Part shown: positions 50,493 to 62,302 of the stretch, one piece after another
Layout: each line of letters opens with the position of its first letter
How positions within the stretch are numbered: the stretch's first letter is position 1
Source of the DNA: Burkholderiales bacterium
GTDB taxonomy: Bacteria; Pseudomonadota; Gammaproteobacteria; Burkholderiales; JAEUMW01
NCBI GenBank assembly: GCA_039807745.1
Contig: JBDHRV010000001.1
Location: 4,705-68,704 of the forward strand
DNA length: 64,000 nucleotides
Direction: 5' to 3'
Notes under the pieces: model-generated
Database searches by the model: none
Seen by the model: only the letters and a program-made list of their open reading frames with translations
What the model was told of the DNA's origin: nothing
Program-made: the position numbers and the translations under genes

Positions 50493-51391
50493 GATCCCTT
50501 CTTCTTCGACTTGACCGACTTGGTGACCGGCTCCTGCTCAGGCGGCTTCTCGGGCAGCGCGCGGTTTTCGAGCACGAGCAGCACCAGACTGCCGCGGTTC
50601 ACACCAGCGCTGGGCGAACATTCGATGCGCGCGAAGGCGTTCGTCGCACTGCGGTCCACGTTCGCCACCGTGGCCACCGGGAAGCCGGCCGGGTAGAGCC
50701 CGTCGATACCGGAAGTCACGAAGGTGTCTCCGACCTTGATGTCGGCGTTGACCGGCATGAAGCGAAGCTCGAGCACATCGTCCCGCCCGACCCCGAAGAT
50801 CACGGACCGTGCGCCTGTGCGAAGGTTCTGCACCGGCACCGCCTGGTTCTTGTCGGTGATCAGGGTGACTTCCGATGCCAGGGGCAGGACCCGCGTCACC
50901 TGACCGACGAGCCCCGACTCGTCAATCACCGCCTGTCCAGCCCGCACGCCATGCTGTGAGCCGCGGTCGACCACGACCTTACGGGTGAAGGGGTCACGCT
51001 TCGCATAGACGATCTCACCCAGTTGCAGGGTGAGATCACTGCGCGTGGAGGCGGAAAGCAGCTTCCGAAGCTGGCGCGTCTCCGCCGCGAGGGCATCCAT
51101 GCGGGCGGCCTTGCTCGAGAGCTCGAGGGTCTTCAGCCGCAGCGCCTCGTTCTCCTCCATCAATGTGGACTGGGCGGTGAAGAACGTGGCGAGGCGGATG
51201 AGTGCAGCGCCCGGCGCGCGGGCCGCACGCTCGAGCGGGTAGAGCGCCACCGAAACGGCTTCGCGAATGTGCTCCAGATACCTGAGCCGCGCGTCGGCGA
51301 ACAGGAGGACGATCGACAGCAGGGCGAAGAACGTGAAGCGAGCGAGGGGGCTGGGCCCGCGCTCAAAGAATGGCGGGGTCTGGTCTTCCAT
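50489..51391 (-). CDS. mreC: rod shape-determining protein MreC
   Basis: 300 aa with an N-terminal TM segment, a coiled-coil and beta-rich domains, downstream of mreB. Confidence 0.92.
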   Translation of the reverse strand: MEDQTPPFFERGPSPLARFTFFALLSIVLLFADARLRYLEHIREAVSVALYPLERAARAPGAALIRLATFFTAQSTLMEENEALRLKTLELSSKAARMDALAAETRQLRKLLSASTRSDLTLQLGEIVYAKRDPFTRKVVVDRGSQHGVRAGQAVIDESGLVGQVTRVLPLASEVTLITDKNQAVPVQNLRTGARSVIFGVGRDDVLELRFMPVNADIKVGDTFVTSGIDGLYPAGFPVATVANVDRSATNAFARIECSPSAGVNRGSLVLLVLENRALPEKPPEQEPVTKSVKSKKKGS

Positions 51392-51423
51392 GCGGGAGCG
51401 GCCGCCGGCGCGGACTGCGCCAG

Positions 51424-51465
51424 CTACCCGGCGGGCGCGTCAGGAAGAGCGCGACCGCCGGGTAG
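51424..51465 (-). other. stem-loop in the mreB-mreC spacer
   Basis: ctacccggcgg / ccgccgggtag is a perfect 11-bp stem plus 4 further inner pairs, with a 10-nt loop. No U-tract. Confidence 0.4.
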
Positions 51466-51473
51466 AGCATGAC

Positions 51474-52607
<1,134 letters not shown>

Positions 52608-52643
52608 TTACTCCGCAGCCCGTTATCACACTCGCTTTGCACC

Positions 52644-52931
52644 ATGTCTCTCTGCCTCGAAGACGTCAAGCGCATCGCCCACCTCGCGCGGATCGCCGTG
52701 AGCGAGGAAGAAGCGGCGGCGGTGCTGGTTCAACTGAACGGCATCTTCGGGCTTATCGAGGAGATGCAGGCGGTGTCGACTGCCGGCATCTCGCCGATGT
52801 CGCATGCGCAGGATGTCGTTCTGCGATTGCGCGAGGATGACGTGTGCGAGCGCGATCAGCACGAACTGTTCCAGAGCATTGCGCCCCAGGTCGAAGCGGG
52901 TCTCTACCTCGTCCCGAAGGTCATCGAGTAA
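52644..52931 (+). CDS. gatC: Asp/Glu-tRNA amidotransferase subunit C
   Basis: 95 aa, [23 protein letters not shown], upstream of gatA and gatB. Confidence 0.93.
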   Translation: MSLCLEDVKRIAHLARIAVSEEEAAAVLVQLNGIFGLIEEMQAVSTAGISPMSHAQDVVLRLREDDVCERDQHELFQSIAPQVEAGLYLVPKVIE

Positions 52932-53010
52932 GCAGGCAGCGGCACCGTAGCGACCCGACGCAGCGGTCGCCCGACGCCAAGCCCGCGCTGTGCCATAGTC
53001 CGGTCCACCC

Positions 53011-54480
53011 ATGTTCAACGCCAGTCTCACCGAACTCGCCCGTCTGCTCGAAGCGAAAGAACTCTCCAGCGTGGAGCTCACCGAGTCGCTCCTGAATCGT
53101 ATCGAGCGGCTGAACCCGATCCTCAACGCGTTCGTCACGGTACGCGCCGAAACCAGCCTCGCGCAGGCGCGGGCTGCCGACGAGCGTCGAGCGCGCGGCG
53201 AAGCGCGGCCGTTGACCGGCATCCCGGTGGCGCAGAAAGACATCTTCTGCGCGCGCGGCTGGCCGACCACCTGCGGATCGCGGATGCTGTCGAACTTCGT
53301 CGCACCGTACGACGCGGAGATCATTCGCCGTTTCGATGCCGCGGGCGTGGTCAATCTCGGCAAGACCAACATGGACGAGTTCGCGATGGGCTCGTCCAAC
53401 GAGACCTCCTTCTTCGGCCCGGTCCGCAATCCCTGGGCGCCCACCGCCGTCCCCGGCGGCAGTTCCGGCGGGTCGGCGGCGGCGGTGGCGGCGCGGCTCG
53501 CCCCGGCCGCGACCGGCACCGACACGGGCGGCTCCATCCGGCAGCCGGCGGCGCTCTGCGGCGTCTCCGGTATCAAGCCTACCTACGGCGTGGTCTCCCG
53601 CTTCGGGATGATCGCCTTCGCTTCGAGTCTCGATCAGGCAGGCCCGATGGCCAAGTCGGCGGAGGACCTGGCGCTTCTGCTCAACGTCATGGCGGGCTTT
53701 GACCCGCGCGACTCGACCAGTCTCGAGCGCGTGCCGGAGGATTACGCGCGCGACCTCGGCCGGCCACTCAGCGGGCTTCGGATCGGTCTGCCGAAGCAGT
53801 ATTTCGCCGAGGGCGTGAGCGCGGACGTGATCCGCGCGATCGAGAAGGCGATCGCGACCTTGCGGGATCTTGGCTGCGAGACGGTCGAGGTCGACCTGCC
53901 CAACACCCGGCTCTCGATCCCCGTCTACTACGTGCTCGCGCCGGCCGAGGCATCGAGCAATCTTGCGCGCTACGACGGCGTGCGCTATGGGCACCGCGCC
54001 GCGCACTACACGGACCTCATGGACATGTACCAGAAGAGCCGTGCGGAAGGTTTTGGCGCGGAGGTCAAACGGCGCATCCTGATCGGCACCTACGTGCTCT
54101 CGCATGGCTACTACGATGCGTACTATCTGCAGGCGCAGAAGCTGCGCCGCCTGATCGCGCACGACTTTGCCGAAGCGTTCAAGGTGTGCGACGTGATCAT
54201 GGGGCCGACCTCCCCCACCACCGCCTTCGATCTCGGCGCCAGGAGCGGCGACCCGGTGCAGATGTACCTGTCGGACATCTTCACCATCGCGGTGAATCTG
54301 GCGGGGCTGCCCGGGATGTCGATTCCCGCGGGATTCGGGGACGATGAGCGCCCGGTCGGCCTGCAGCTCATCGGTAACTATTTCGCGGAGGCGCGGATGC
54401 TGAACGTCGCGCACCAGTACCAGCAGGCGACCGACTGGCACCGGCGCGTCCCCGCGGGTCTGGAGGTGGAATCAGCATGA
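53011..54480 (+). CDS. gatA: Asp/Glu-tRNA amidotransferase subunit A
   Basis: Amidase signature [13 protein letters not shown] and …[12 protein letters not shown]…. Confidence 0.97.
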   Translation: MFNASLTELARLLEAKELSSVELTESLLNRIERLNPILNAFVTVRAETSLAQARAADERRARGEARPLTGIPVAQKDIFCARGWPTTCGSRMLSNFVAPYDAEIIRRFDAAGVVNLGKTNMDEFAMGSSNETSFFGPVRNPWAPTAVPGGSSGGSAAAVAARLAPAATGTDTGGSIRQPAALCGVSGIKPTYGVVSRFGMIAFASSLDQAGPMAKSAEDLALLLNVMAGFDPRDSTSLERVPEDYARDLGRPLSGLRIGLPKQYFAEGVSADVIRAIEKAIATLRDLGCETVEVDLPNTRLSIPVYYVLAPAEASSNLARYDGVRYGHRAAHYTDLMDMYQKSRAEGFGAEVKRRILIGTYVLSHGYYDAYYLQAQKLRRLIAHDFAEAFKVCDVIMGPTSPTTAFDLGARSGDPVQMYLSDIFTIAVNLAGLPGMSIPAGFGDDERPVGLQLIGNYFAEARMLNVAHQYQQATDWHRRVPAGLEVESA

Positions 54481-55910
54481 AGTGGGAGATTGTCGTCGGC
54501 CTGGAAGTCCACGCCCAGCTCTCCACCCGGTCCAAGATCTTCTCGGGCGCTGCCACTGCATTCGGCGCGGCGCCGAATGCCCAGGCGTGCGCGGTCGACA
54601 TCGCGCTGCCCGGCGTGCTGCCGGTGATGAACCGCGGCGCGGTGGAGCGCGCGATACGCTTCGGGCTTGCCGTGGGTGCGGCGATCAATCGCCGTTCGGT
54701 GTTTGCTCGCAAGAACTACTTCTACCCGGATCTTCCCAAGGGCTACCAGATCAGCCAGTACGAGACGCCGGTCGTGGCAGGCGGTACGGTACGGGTTCCG
54801 CTGAAGGACGGCGAGAAGACGATTCGTCTGGTGCGCGCGCATCTCGAGGAAGACGCCGGCAAGTCGCTGCACGAGGATTTCCACGGCCTGTCCGGGATCG
54901 ATCTCAACCGCGCCGGTACGCCGCTGCTCGAAATCGTCTCGGAGCCGGATCTGCGCGGATCGCAGGAAGCAGTGGCTTACGCCAAGACGTTGCATTCGCT
55001 GGTGCGCTACCTCGATATCTGCGACGGCAACATGCAGGAGGGGTCGTTTCGCTGCGATGCCAACGTATCGGTGCGGCCACAAGGCGTGAGCGAGCTCGGC
55101 ACCCGCTGCGAGATCAAGAATCTCAACTCGTTCCGCTTTCTGGAGAAGGCGATCGAGTTCGAGGCCGCGCGCCAGATCGCCGTTATCGAAGACGGCGGAA
55201 CGATCGCGCAGGAGACGCGGCTCTTCGACCCGGACCGCGGCGAGACGCGCTCCATGCGCTCCAAGGAAGAAGCGCACGACTACCGCTATTTTCCGGACCC
55301 GGACCTCCTCCCGCTCGAGATCTCCGAGGCGTGGGTCGAGGAAGTGCGCGCGTCGCTGCCCGAACTGCCGGACGCGAAGCGCGCGCGATTCGTGTCGAGC
55401 TATGCGATCTCCCCGTACGACGCGACCGTGCTCACGGCTAGCCGCGAGGTCGCGGCCTATTTCGAGGACGCGGTCCGCGCGCTGCCGTCCGAGCCGAAGC
55501 TGTGCGCGAACTGGGTGATGGGCGAGATCTCCGGCCATCTCAATCGTGACGGGATCGAGATCGAACGCTCGCCGGTGTCGAGCACAGCGCTCGCGGGGCT
55601 GCTGCGGCGCATCGCCGATGGCACGATCTCGGGCAAGATCGCGAAGGACGTGTTCGAAGCGATGTGGACGGGACACGGCGAAGCCGATGCGATCATCGAC
55701 GCGAAGGGGCTCAGGCAGATCTCCGACAGCGGCGAGCTCGAGCGTATCGTCGACGGTATCGTCGCCGCCAACCCGGGTCAGGTGGCAGACTACCGGGCCG
55801 GGCGGGACAAGCTCTTCGCCTTCTTCGTGGGGCAGGTGATGAAGCAAACGCAGGGCAAGGCGAACCCCGCACAGGTGAGCGAGATCCTCAGGAAGAAACT
55901 CGCGCCCTGA
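54477..55910 (+). CDS. gatB: Asp/Glu-tRNA amidotransferase subunit B
   Basis: 477 aa, [21 protein letters not shown] overlap with gatA. Confidence 0.97.
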   Translation: MKWEIVVGLEVHAQLSTRSKIFSGAATAFGAAPNAQACAVDIALPGVLPVMNRGAVERAIRFGLAVGAAINRRSVFARKNYFYPDLPKGYQISQYETPVVAGGTVRVPLKDGEKTIRLVRAHLEEDAGKSLHEDFHGLSGIDLNRAGTPLLEIVSEPDLRGSQEAVAYAKTLHSLVRYLDICDGNMQEGSFRCDANVSVRPQGVSELGTRCEIKNLNSFRFLEKAIEFEAARQIAVIEDGGTIAQETRLFDPDRGETRSMRSKEEAHDYRYFPDPDLLPLEISEAWVEEVRASLPELPDAKRARFVSSYAISPYDATVLTASREVAAYFEDAVRALPSEPKLCANWVMGEISGHLNRDGIEIERSPVSSTALAGLLRRIADGTISGKIAKDVFEAMWTGHGEADAIIDAKGLRQISDSGELERIVDGIVAANPGQVADYRAGRDKLFAFFVGQVMKQTQGKANPAQVSEILRKKLAP

Positions 55911-55927
55911 AGCTCGCGCGGCAGGAC

Positions 55928-56605
55928 TTACTTCTTCGGGGCGGGCACGGTCGCGTCGGCCCGGGCGCTGCCAGTACTGCCCGAGGAGGCCGACTGCAGC
56001 TCGACGAAGCGGCGCTTGTAGTCGTCGTACTTTGCCCGAACCACCCCGATCTCCTGGCGCTTTTGTTCGATCAGGTGCTCGAGGCGCAGCTTCTCGGCTT
56101 CATCGCCCTCGATGTCCTGCTTGAGCCCATCCGGGATGGACTTGCCGGCCTGCGCGAGCCCCCCGGCGCGGACACGGTTCTCGGCCAATCGTTTCTCGGC
56201 GTTCTTCAGCACCGTCTGGTTGTTGGCGATCGCGAGCTCGATCTGCTGCAGGTCGCGATTGCGCTTGAGCTCGATGTCGCGCTCGGTAGTGAAGGTCTGC
56301 AGGAGCGCCTGATCGCGCCGCCGCTGCTCCTTTGCGCGAATCTCTTCCTGTTTCGCCTGCGCCGCCTCTTCCTGGCGTGCCCGGATCTCCTCCGGCGTCA
56401 GCGCCTGGTCGGTCTTCCTGATCGTGATGCCGCGCTTGCTCAACTCGGAATTGGCTTTGTCCTTGTACTCGGGCGGGATCGTATCACCGTACTGCGTTAT
56501 GCCTTTGTCGTCGACCCACTTGTAGGTGCGCGCCGCGCCGGGCTGGGAGAGGACGCAACAAAGAGCCGCGACGACGCAGCAACCGACGTTCCTAGCTTCC
56601 TTCAT
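55928..56605 (-). CDS. DUF4124 domain protein with charged coiled-coil region
   Basis: Leader then TYKWVDDKGITQYGDTIPPEY (DUF4124 signature), followed by a long E/K/R/Q-rich helix. Confidence 0.75.
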   Translation of the reverse strand: MKEARNVGCCVVAALCCVLSQPGAARTYKWVDDKGITQYGDTIPPEYKDKANSELSKRGITIRKTDQALTPEEIRARQEEAAQAKQEEIRAKEQRRRDQALLQTFTTERDIELKRNRDLQQIELAIANNQTVLKNAEKRLAENRVRAGGLAQAGKSIPDGLKQDIEGDEAEKLRLEHLIEQKRQEIGVVRAKYDDYKRRFVELQSASSGSTGSARADATVPAPKK

Positions 56606-57248
56606 CGCCGCCCACTCCGTACTGTTCGCGATAGCGGGCGATCGGATGCAAGTACTGTTCCAAACTCTGCTGCGAGCGCACGAAGCGAATCAGATCGTCG
56701 AGGTTTGCGATGGCAATCGCCGGCATGTCGAAGCTGCGTGTGACCTCCTGGATCGCGGAGAGCTCGCCCGTGCCGCGCTCCATGCGATCGAGGCTGACGA
56801 CGAGCCCGCAGGGCTCGGCGTGCGCGCGCCGGATGAGGTCGATCGCCGTGCGCACGGACGTTCCCGCCGATATGACATCGTCCACGATCAGCACGCGTCC
56901 CGCGAGCGGTGCGCCGACGGTCAGCCCGCCTTCGCCGTGGTCCTTCGCTTCCTTGCGATTGAAGCAGAACGGGACGTTGCGCCCGCCCGCCGCGAGCGCG
57001 ATCGCGACACCCGCGACGAGCGGGATGCCCTTGTACGCGGCGCCGAACAGCATGTCGAAGGGAAGCCCCGATGCGACGATGGCTTTCGCGTAGAATTGCG
57101 CCAGCGTGTACAGCCGTTCGCCGTCGTCGAAGACGCCGGTGTTTAAGAAGTAGGGAGACTCGCGTCCCGCCTTGGTCCGGAACGAGCCGAACCGGATCGC
57201 TTCGCAGGCGACCGCAAAGGCAATGAACTCGCGGCTTAGCGCAGACAT
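56592..57248 (-). CDS. pyrE: orotate phosphoribosyltransferase
   Basis: 218 aa from the ATG at 57248 (MSALSREFIAFAV...). PRPP motif VLIVDDVISAGTS. The rest of ORF 56592..58076 is antisense to xthA and rejected. Confidence 0.94.
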   Translation of the reverse strand: MSALSREFIAFAVACEAIRFGSFRTKAGRESPYFLNTGVFDDGERLYTLAQFYAKAIVASGLPFDMLFGAAYKGIPLVAGVAIALAAGGRNVPFCFNRKEAKDHGEGGLTVGAPLAGRVLIVDDVISAGTSVRTAIDLIRRAHAEPCGLVVSLDRMERGTGELSAIQEVTRSFDMPAIAIANLDDLIRFVRSQQSLEQYLHPIARYREQYGVGGDEGS

Positions 57249-57338
57249 GGGAGAAGTTGCAGGGGATGCCGGGTGCAAAGGGCGCGCGAATCGCTTCCCT
57301 GCCCCGCCTCGGCCACAAGAATAATGGTTTTCCCGCCC

Positions 57339-58112
57339 ATGCGCATCATCACCCTCAATGTGAACGGAATTCGATCGGCGGCGCGCAAGGGGTTCTTCGA
57401 CTGGCTCGCGCAGCAACGCGCCCACGTCGTCTGTCTGCAGGAAGTGAAGGCACAGGCGGACGACCTGCCGGACGAGATCCGCCAGCCGAAAGGCTTTCAC
57501 GGATTTTTCCATCTCGCCGGGAAGAAGGGTTACAGCGGTGTGGCCCTCTACTCGAGGCCCGCGCCGGACCGGGTGGTGGAAGGCATCGGGATCGCGGACA
57601 TCGACGCCGAGGGGCGCTATCTGCGCGCCGACTTCGGCAACCTGAGCGTGGTGTCCCTGTACATGCCGTCGGGCTCGTCCTCGCCGCAGCGCCAGGTCGC
57701 CAAGTTCAACTTCATGGAGCGCTTCCTGCCCCTGTTGCGAGATCTGCATGGCAGCGGCCGCGAGTGGATCGTCTGCGGCGACTGGAACATCGCGCACCGG
57801 GAGATCGACCTCAAGAACTGGCGCGCGAACCAGAAGAACTCGGGCTTTCTGCCCGAGGAGCGCGCTTGGCTCGGGCAGGTCTTCGAGCAACTGGGCCTGG
57901 TGGACGTGTTCCGGCGTCTGGATCCGAAGCCGGAGCAGTACACATGGTGGTCCAATCGCGGTCAGGCTTGGGCCAAGAATGTCGGGTGGCGCATCGACTA
58001 CCAGATCGCCACGCCGGGCATTGCGGCTCGCGCGACGCGCGCGGTGATCTACAAGGAGCAGCGCTTCTCCGATCACGCGCCGCTGACCATCGATTACGAC
58101 TACGACTGGTGA
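57339..58112 (+). CDS. xthA: exodeoxyribonuclease III
   Basis: MRIITLNVNGIRSAARKGFFDWL...VVCLQEVK...SDHAPL. ATG at 57339. Confidence 0.95.
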   Translation: MRIITLNVNGIRSAARKGFFDWLAQQRAHVVCLQEVKAQADDLPDEIRQPKGFHGFFHLAGKKGYSGVALYSRPAPDRVVEGIGIADIDAEGRYLRADFGNLSVVSLYMPSGSSSPQRQVAKFNFMERFLPLLRDLHGSGREWIVCGDWNIAHREIDLKNWRANQKNSGFLPEERAWLGQVFEQLGLVDVFRRLDPKPEQYTWWSNRGQAWAKNVGWRIDYQIATPGIAARATRAVIYKEQRFSDHAPLTIDYDYDW

Positions 58113-58122
58113 GCCGGCCCGC

Positions 58123-59367
58123 GTGAATTTCGCTCCCTACCTGCAGGTGCTGCGCAGCCCGAGGGTGGCGGCCGTCCTCTTCCTGGGGTTTGCCTCCGGG
58201 CTGCCGCTCGCCCTTTCGGCCGGAACGTTGCAGGCGTGGATGACGGTCGCCGGCGTCGACATCAAGACCATCGGCCTCTTCTCGCTGGTGGGTCTGCCCT
58301 ACACCGTGAAGTTCCTGTGGGCACCGCTGATGGACCGCTACGCGCCCGCGTTCCTGGGGCGGCGTCGCGGCTGGGTCGCACTGACCCAGCTCGCCCTGAT
58401 CGGAGTGATCGCGGCCATGGGCGCGATGGACCCGACACGCTCGCCGTTGGCGCTCGCCGCGCTCGCGCTGCTGCTGGCCTTTGCGTCGGCATCGCAGGAC
58501 ATCGTGGTGGATGCCTACCGCACCGACGTGCTGCGTGAACAGGAGCGCGGTCTCGGCGCGGCGGTCTCCGTGCTCGGATACCGCCTCGCCCTGCTCGTCT
58601 CGGGGGCGCTCGCGCTCATCCTGTCCGACCAGATCGGCTGGCGGAGCACCTACTGGCTGATGGCCGGGCTGATGGCGATCGGGATCCTCGCGGCGTTGCT
58701 CGGCCCGGAGCCGGAGCAGGCGGTGCGCCCGCCCCGCACCCTCGCGGAAGCGGTGGTCGGTCCGCTGCGGGAGTTCTTCGCACGCCCCGAGGCCGTGGTC
58801 ATGCTGGCTCTGATCGTCCTCTACAAGCTCGGTGATGCGTTCGCGGGGAGCCTGACCACCGCCTTCCTGATCCGGGGTGTGGGCTTTACACCCACCGACG
58901 TCGGCGCGATCAACAAGGGCCTCGGCCTCATCGCGACCATCGTCGGCGCGCTGTTCGGCGGCGGGCTGATGGTGCGCCTCGGCCTGTACCGCTCGCTGCT
59001 CGCCTTCGGCATGCTGCAGGCAGTGTCCAATCTCTCGTTCATGGTGCTCGCGTGGGCGGGCAAGAGCTACGCGCTCATGGTCATCGCCGTCGCCTTCGAG
59101 AACATCGCCGGCGGCATGGGGACAGCGGCCTTCGTCGCGCTGCTGATGGCGCTCTGCGACCATCGCTTTTCCGCCACGCAGTTCGCGCTGCTGTCGGCGC
59201 TGGCAGCGATCGGACGCGTGTTCGTGGGTCCGCCGTCTGGTCTCCTGGTCGATGCGGTGGGCTGGGTGTGGTTCTTCTTCTGCACGTTCCTGGTCGCGCT
59301 GCCGGGGCTGCTGCTGCTCTGGCGGCTGCGGCGCCGGGTCTGCGAACTGGAGCATGCCCGAGCTTAG
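58123..59367 (+). CDS. ampG: muropeptide permease AmpG (MFS)
   Basis: 414-aa 12+ TM protein, LGFASGLPLAL...KFLWAPLMDRY. GTG start. Confidence 0.9.
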   Translation: MNFAPYLQVLRSPRVAAVLFLGFASGLPLALSAGTLQAWMTVAGVDIKTIGLFSLVGLPYTVKFLWAPLMDRYAPAFLGRRRGWVALTQLALIGVIAAMGAMDPTRSPLALAALALLLAFASASQDIVVDAYRTDVLREQERGLGAAVSVLGYRLALLVSGALALILSDQIGWRSTYWLMAGLMAIGILAALLGPEPEQAVRPPRTLAEAVVGPLREFFARPEAVVMLALIVLYKLGDAFAGSLTTAFLIRGVGFTPTDVGAINKGLGLIATIVGALFGGGLMVRLGLYRSLLAFGMLQAVSNLSFMVLAWAGKSYALMVIAVAFENIAGGMGTAAFVALLMALCDHRFSATQFALLSALAAIGRVFVGPPSGLLVDAVGWVWFFFCTFLVALPGLLLLWRLRRRVCELEHARA

Positions 59368-60016
59368 CCTGGTGCCGGCCTTCCTCGCCGGGCTGCTCGG
59401 GGGTGTGCATTGCGCCGGCATGTGCGGAGGATTGGTCGGCGCTTTTGCCCTGGGGCTGCCGGCTGATCGCAGCGCGCTGGTGCTGCACGTGGCGTGCAAT
59501 CTCGGCCGGGTCGCCACCTACGTGGCGCTCGGTGCGCTGGCCGGTGCGGCCGGTGCCGGCACGCTCGTCTTCGAGCGAACCTTGCCGGTGCAGAAGATCC
59601 TGTTCGGCGCGTCGTGTCTCATGCTGATCGGACTGGGGCTCCACTTGGCGGGCGTCTTCGCCCGGTTCGCGGCCATCGAGCGCATCGGCAACGGCCTGTG
59701 GCGGCGGGTCCAGCCGCTGCTCGCGCGGGTGCTGCCGATCCGATCGGCGCGCAGCGCGCTCGCGGCCGGTCTGCTGTGGGGTTTTCTGCCCTGCGGGCTG
59801 GTCTACAGCGGGGTCGTGCTGGCGCTTGCGAGCGCGAGCGCGGCCCACGGCGCGCTCGTCATGGCGTCGTTCGGCGCTGGCACCCTGCCGAACCTGCTGG
59901 CGATGGGACTGCTGGCGGGACGCCTGCAGCGCTTCCTGCAGGATCGTCGGGTACGCACGCTCGCCGGGATCGCGGTCGGCGCTGCCGGGGTTTGGGGCCT
60001 GCTCAAGCTCGCCTGA
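59354..60016 (+). CDS. DsbD_2 / TauE-SafE-like membrane protein with paired-Cys motifs
   Basis: MPELSLVPAFLAGLLGGVHCAGMCGG... and ...LWGFLPCGLVY. The ATG at 59354 overlaps the ampG end by 14 nt. Confidence 0.75.
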   Translation: MPELSLVPAFLAGLLGGVHCAGMCGGLVGAFALGLPADRSALVLHVACNLGRVATYVALGALAGAAGAGTLVFERTLPVQKILFGASCLMLIGLGLHLAGVFARFAAIERIGNGLWRRVQPLLARVLPIRSARSALAAGLLWGFLPCGLVYSGVVLALASASAAHGALVMASFGAGTLPNLLAMGLLAGRLQRFLQDRRVRTLAGIAVGAAGVWGLLKLA

Positions 60017-60023
60017 CGCCGCG

Positions 60024-60638
60024 TCAGGCCGGGCGGTCGAAGCGGTATACCGCCAGCTCACCCATCAGGTTCGCGGCGAATGACACCGGCTGGCCGTCGG
60101 TGAGCACGGCGCGCTCGATGACCCGCACGCCGTGCTGCGCACAGAACCGGTCGAAATCGCTGATCGTGCACAGGTGCACGTTAGGTGTGTCGTACCACTG
60201 GTACGGCAAGCCGCCGGAAACCGGCATGTGACCGCGCAGCACCTGCAGGCGGTGGCGCCAGTAGCCGAAGTTGGGAAAGCTCACGATGCCCTCGCGCCCG
60301 ACGCGCAGCATCTCGCGCACGATGTCCTCGGTGTGCTTCATCGCCTGCAGGGTCTGCGACAGGATCACGCAGTCGAAGGAGCCAGACTCGAACATTGCGA
60401 GCCCCGTCTCCAAGTCGTTCTGCACCACGTTGATGCCGTTGCCGATGCATTCGACCAGGCTGTCGAAGTCGATCTCGACGCCGTAGCCGTGGGCGCGCCG
60501 CGTCTCCCTGAGATAGCGCAGCAGGGAGCCGTCACCGCAACCCAGGTCGAGGACCTTGGCCCCCGGCTTCAGCCAGCGCGCGATGTACGCGAAGTCCGGG
60601 CGGGAGGTGGGCGCGGCGAAGGGGATCGAGTTCGTCAC
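60024..60638 (-). CDS. metW: methionine biosynthesis protein MetW
   Basis: 204 aa, SAM-type VLDLGCGDGSLL, immediately downstream of metX. Confidence 0.92.
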   Translation of the reverse strand: MTNSIPFAAPTSRPDFAYIARWLKPGAKVLDLGCGDGSLLRYLRETRRAHGYGVEIDFDSLVECIGNGINVVQNDLETGLAMFESGSFDCVILSQTLQAMKHTEDIVREMLRVGREGIVSFPNFGYWRHRLQVLRGHMPVSGGLPYQWYDTPNVHLCTISDFDRFCAQHGVRVIERAVLTDGQPVSFAANLMGELAVYRFDRPA

Positions 60639-60641
60639 GCC

Positions 60642-61772
60642 TCAAGCCACGTCGATATTGCCCATGTACGCGCGCATGAGCCGGAAATAGTGCTCGTCGT
60701 CCATGAGAAACGAGTCGTGCCCGTGCTGCGAGCCGAGCTCGGCGTAGGTGACCGGCACGTCGTTGTCGAGCAGTGCCTTCACGATCTCGATCGAGCGCTC
60801 GGGAGAAAAGCGCCAGTCGGAAGCGAACGAGATCACCAGGAAGCCGGCGGTGGCAGGTCCGAGCGCCCGCGCGAGATCGCCCGCGGTGTCGTGCGCGGGG
60901 TCGAAGTAGTCGAGCGCCTTGGTCATCAGGAGATAGGTGTTCGCGTCGAAGCGGTCGGCGAACTTGTCGCCCTGATAGCGCAGGTAGGACTCGATCTCGA
61001 ACTCGATGTCGAAACCGAAGCGGTAGATGCCCGCGCGCAGCCCGCGGCCGAATTTCTCGGCCATCGAATCGTCGGAGAGATAGGTGATGTGGCCGAGCAT
61101 GCGCGCGAGCCGCAGTCCCCGGCGCGGGATCACGCCGTGTGCGTAGAAGTCGCCGCCGTGAAAGTCGGGGTCGGTGAGGATCGCCTGGCGTGCGACGTCG
61201 TTGAAGGCGATGTTCTGCGCGGTGAGCTTCGGTGCCGCGGCGATCACGATCGAGTGCGCGACCCGATCCGGCTTGCTGATCGCCCAGCGCAGCGCCTGCA
61301 TGCCGCCCAGGCTGCCGCCCATGACCGCCGCGAAACGCTCGATGCCCAGGCGCGTGGCGAGCCGTGCCTGGGTCTCCACCCAGTCCTCGACCGTGACTAC
61401 GGGGAAGCTCGCGCCATAGGGCTGTCCCGTCTTCGGGTTCACCGTCGACGGTCCGGTCGAGCCGTGGCAGCCGCCCAGATTGTTGACGCCGATCACGAAA
61501 AAGCGATCGGTGTCCACCGGCTTGCCGGGGCCGATCATGTTGTCCCACCAGCCGACCACCCGTTCGTCGCTGTCGTAGTAGCCGGCCACGTGATGATTCC
61601 CGGACAGCGCGTGGCAGACGAGCACCGCGTTCGAGCGCGCGGCGTTCAGTGTGCCGTAGGTCTCATAGACGAGGTCGTACTGGTCGAGCACCGCGCCGCT
61701 GCGAAACGGCAAGGGTTCGTCGAAGTGGGCCGTCTGGGGCACGACGGCGCCGACGGAGCGGGACGAGGTCAC
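60642..61772 (-). CDS. metX: homoserine O-acyltransferase, MetX family (acetyl versus succinyl specificity not decidable here)
   Basis: 376-aa alpha/beta hydrolase with nucleophile elbow [10 protein letters not shown]. metX-metW pair. Confidence 0.94.
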   Translation of the reverse strand: MTSSRSVGAVVPQTAHFDEPLPFRSGAVLDQYDLVYETYGTLNAARSNAVLVCHALSGNHHVAGYYDSDERVVGWWDNMIGPGKPVDTDRFFVIGVNNLGGCHGSTGPSTVNPKTGQPYGASFPVVTVEDWVETQARLATRLGIERFAAVMGGSLGGMQALRWAISKPDRVAHSIVIAAAPKLTAQNIAFNDVARQAILTDPDFHGGDFYAHGVIPRRGLRLARMLGHITYLSDDSMAEKFGRGLRAGIYRFGFDIEFEIESYLRYQGDKFADRFDANTYLLMTKALDYFDPAHDTAGDLARALGPATAGFLVISFASDWRFSPERSIEIVKALLDNDVPVTYAELGSQHGHDSFLMDDEHYFRLMRAYMGNIDVA

Positions 61773-62302
61773 GTCGGGCGCGTGGCCGTGGGCGGCCGAT
61801 TCGCCGGCGATGCCAGGCGTCGCAGCAACTGTTGCACCGCGTCCTCCTGCATGTCGCGATAGAGCAGCGCTTCCTCCGATTCGGCCGCGAGCACGTTCTG
61901 GTCGTTGTAGACGTAGGAGCGGACCGTCACGATCTCGCTCGCCGGCATGATCTCCTTGCCTTCCTTATCGGCCAGGCGGTACAGGATGCTGTAGCGAAGC
62001 TGAAACTCGCGCACGGTTCCCTGCTGGGTCAGCGTGAGGATCAGCTTCGCCCGGTTTTCTCCGAGAATGAAGAGGGTGGCATCGGCTTGACCGGCCTCGT
62101 CCACGAGGCGGGTGCTGGTGCCGGCCCGGATCGCGCGCTTCAAGTCGTTGGCAAACGCCGAATAGGCCGGGCCCGAGATATAGAGGCTCTCCTGCGGCAG
62201 GTTGGCGGTCCCGCGCAGGTGAAAGCCGCACGCCGTCAGCATCGCCAGCAGCGCGAGACCAAGCAGGGTGCGCCCCGCGTCGACCGCCGCGCGCGCGCGC
62301 AT
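61769..62302 (-). CDS. lptE: LPS-assembly lipoprotein LptE
   Basis: Lipobox LAMLTAC followed by GFHLRG. Conserved position directly after leuS, with an ATGA overlap. Confidence 0.88.
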   Translation of the reverse strand: MRARAAVDAGRTLLGLALLAMLTACGFHLRGTANLPQESLYISGPAYSAFANDLKRAIRAGTSTRLVDEAGQADATLFILGENRAKLILTLTQQGTVREFQLRYSILYRLADKEGKEIMPASEIVTVRSYVYNDQNVLAAESEEALLYRDMQEDAVQQLLRRLASPANRPPTATRPT

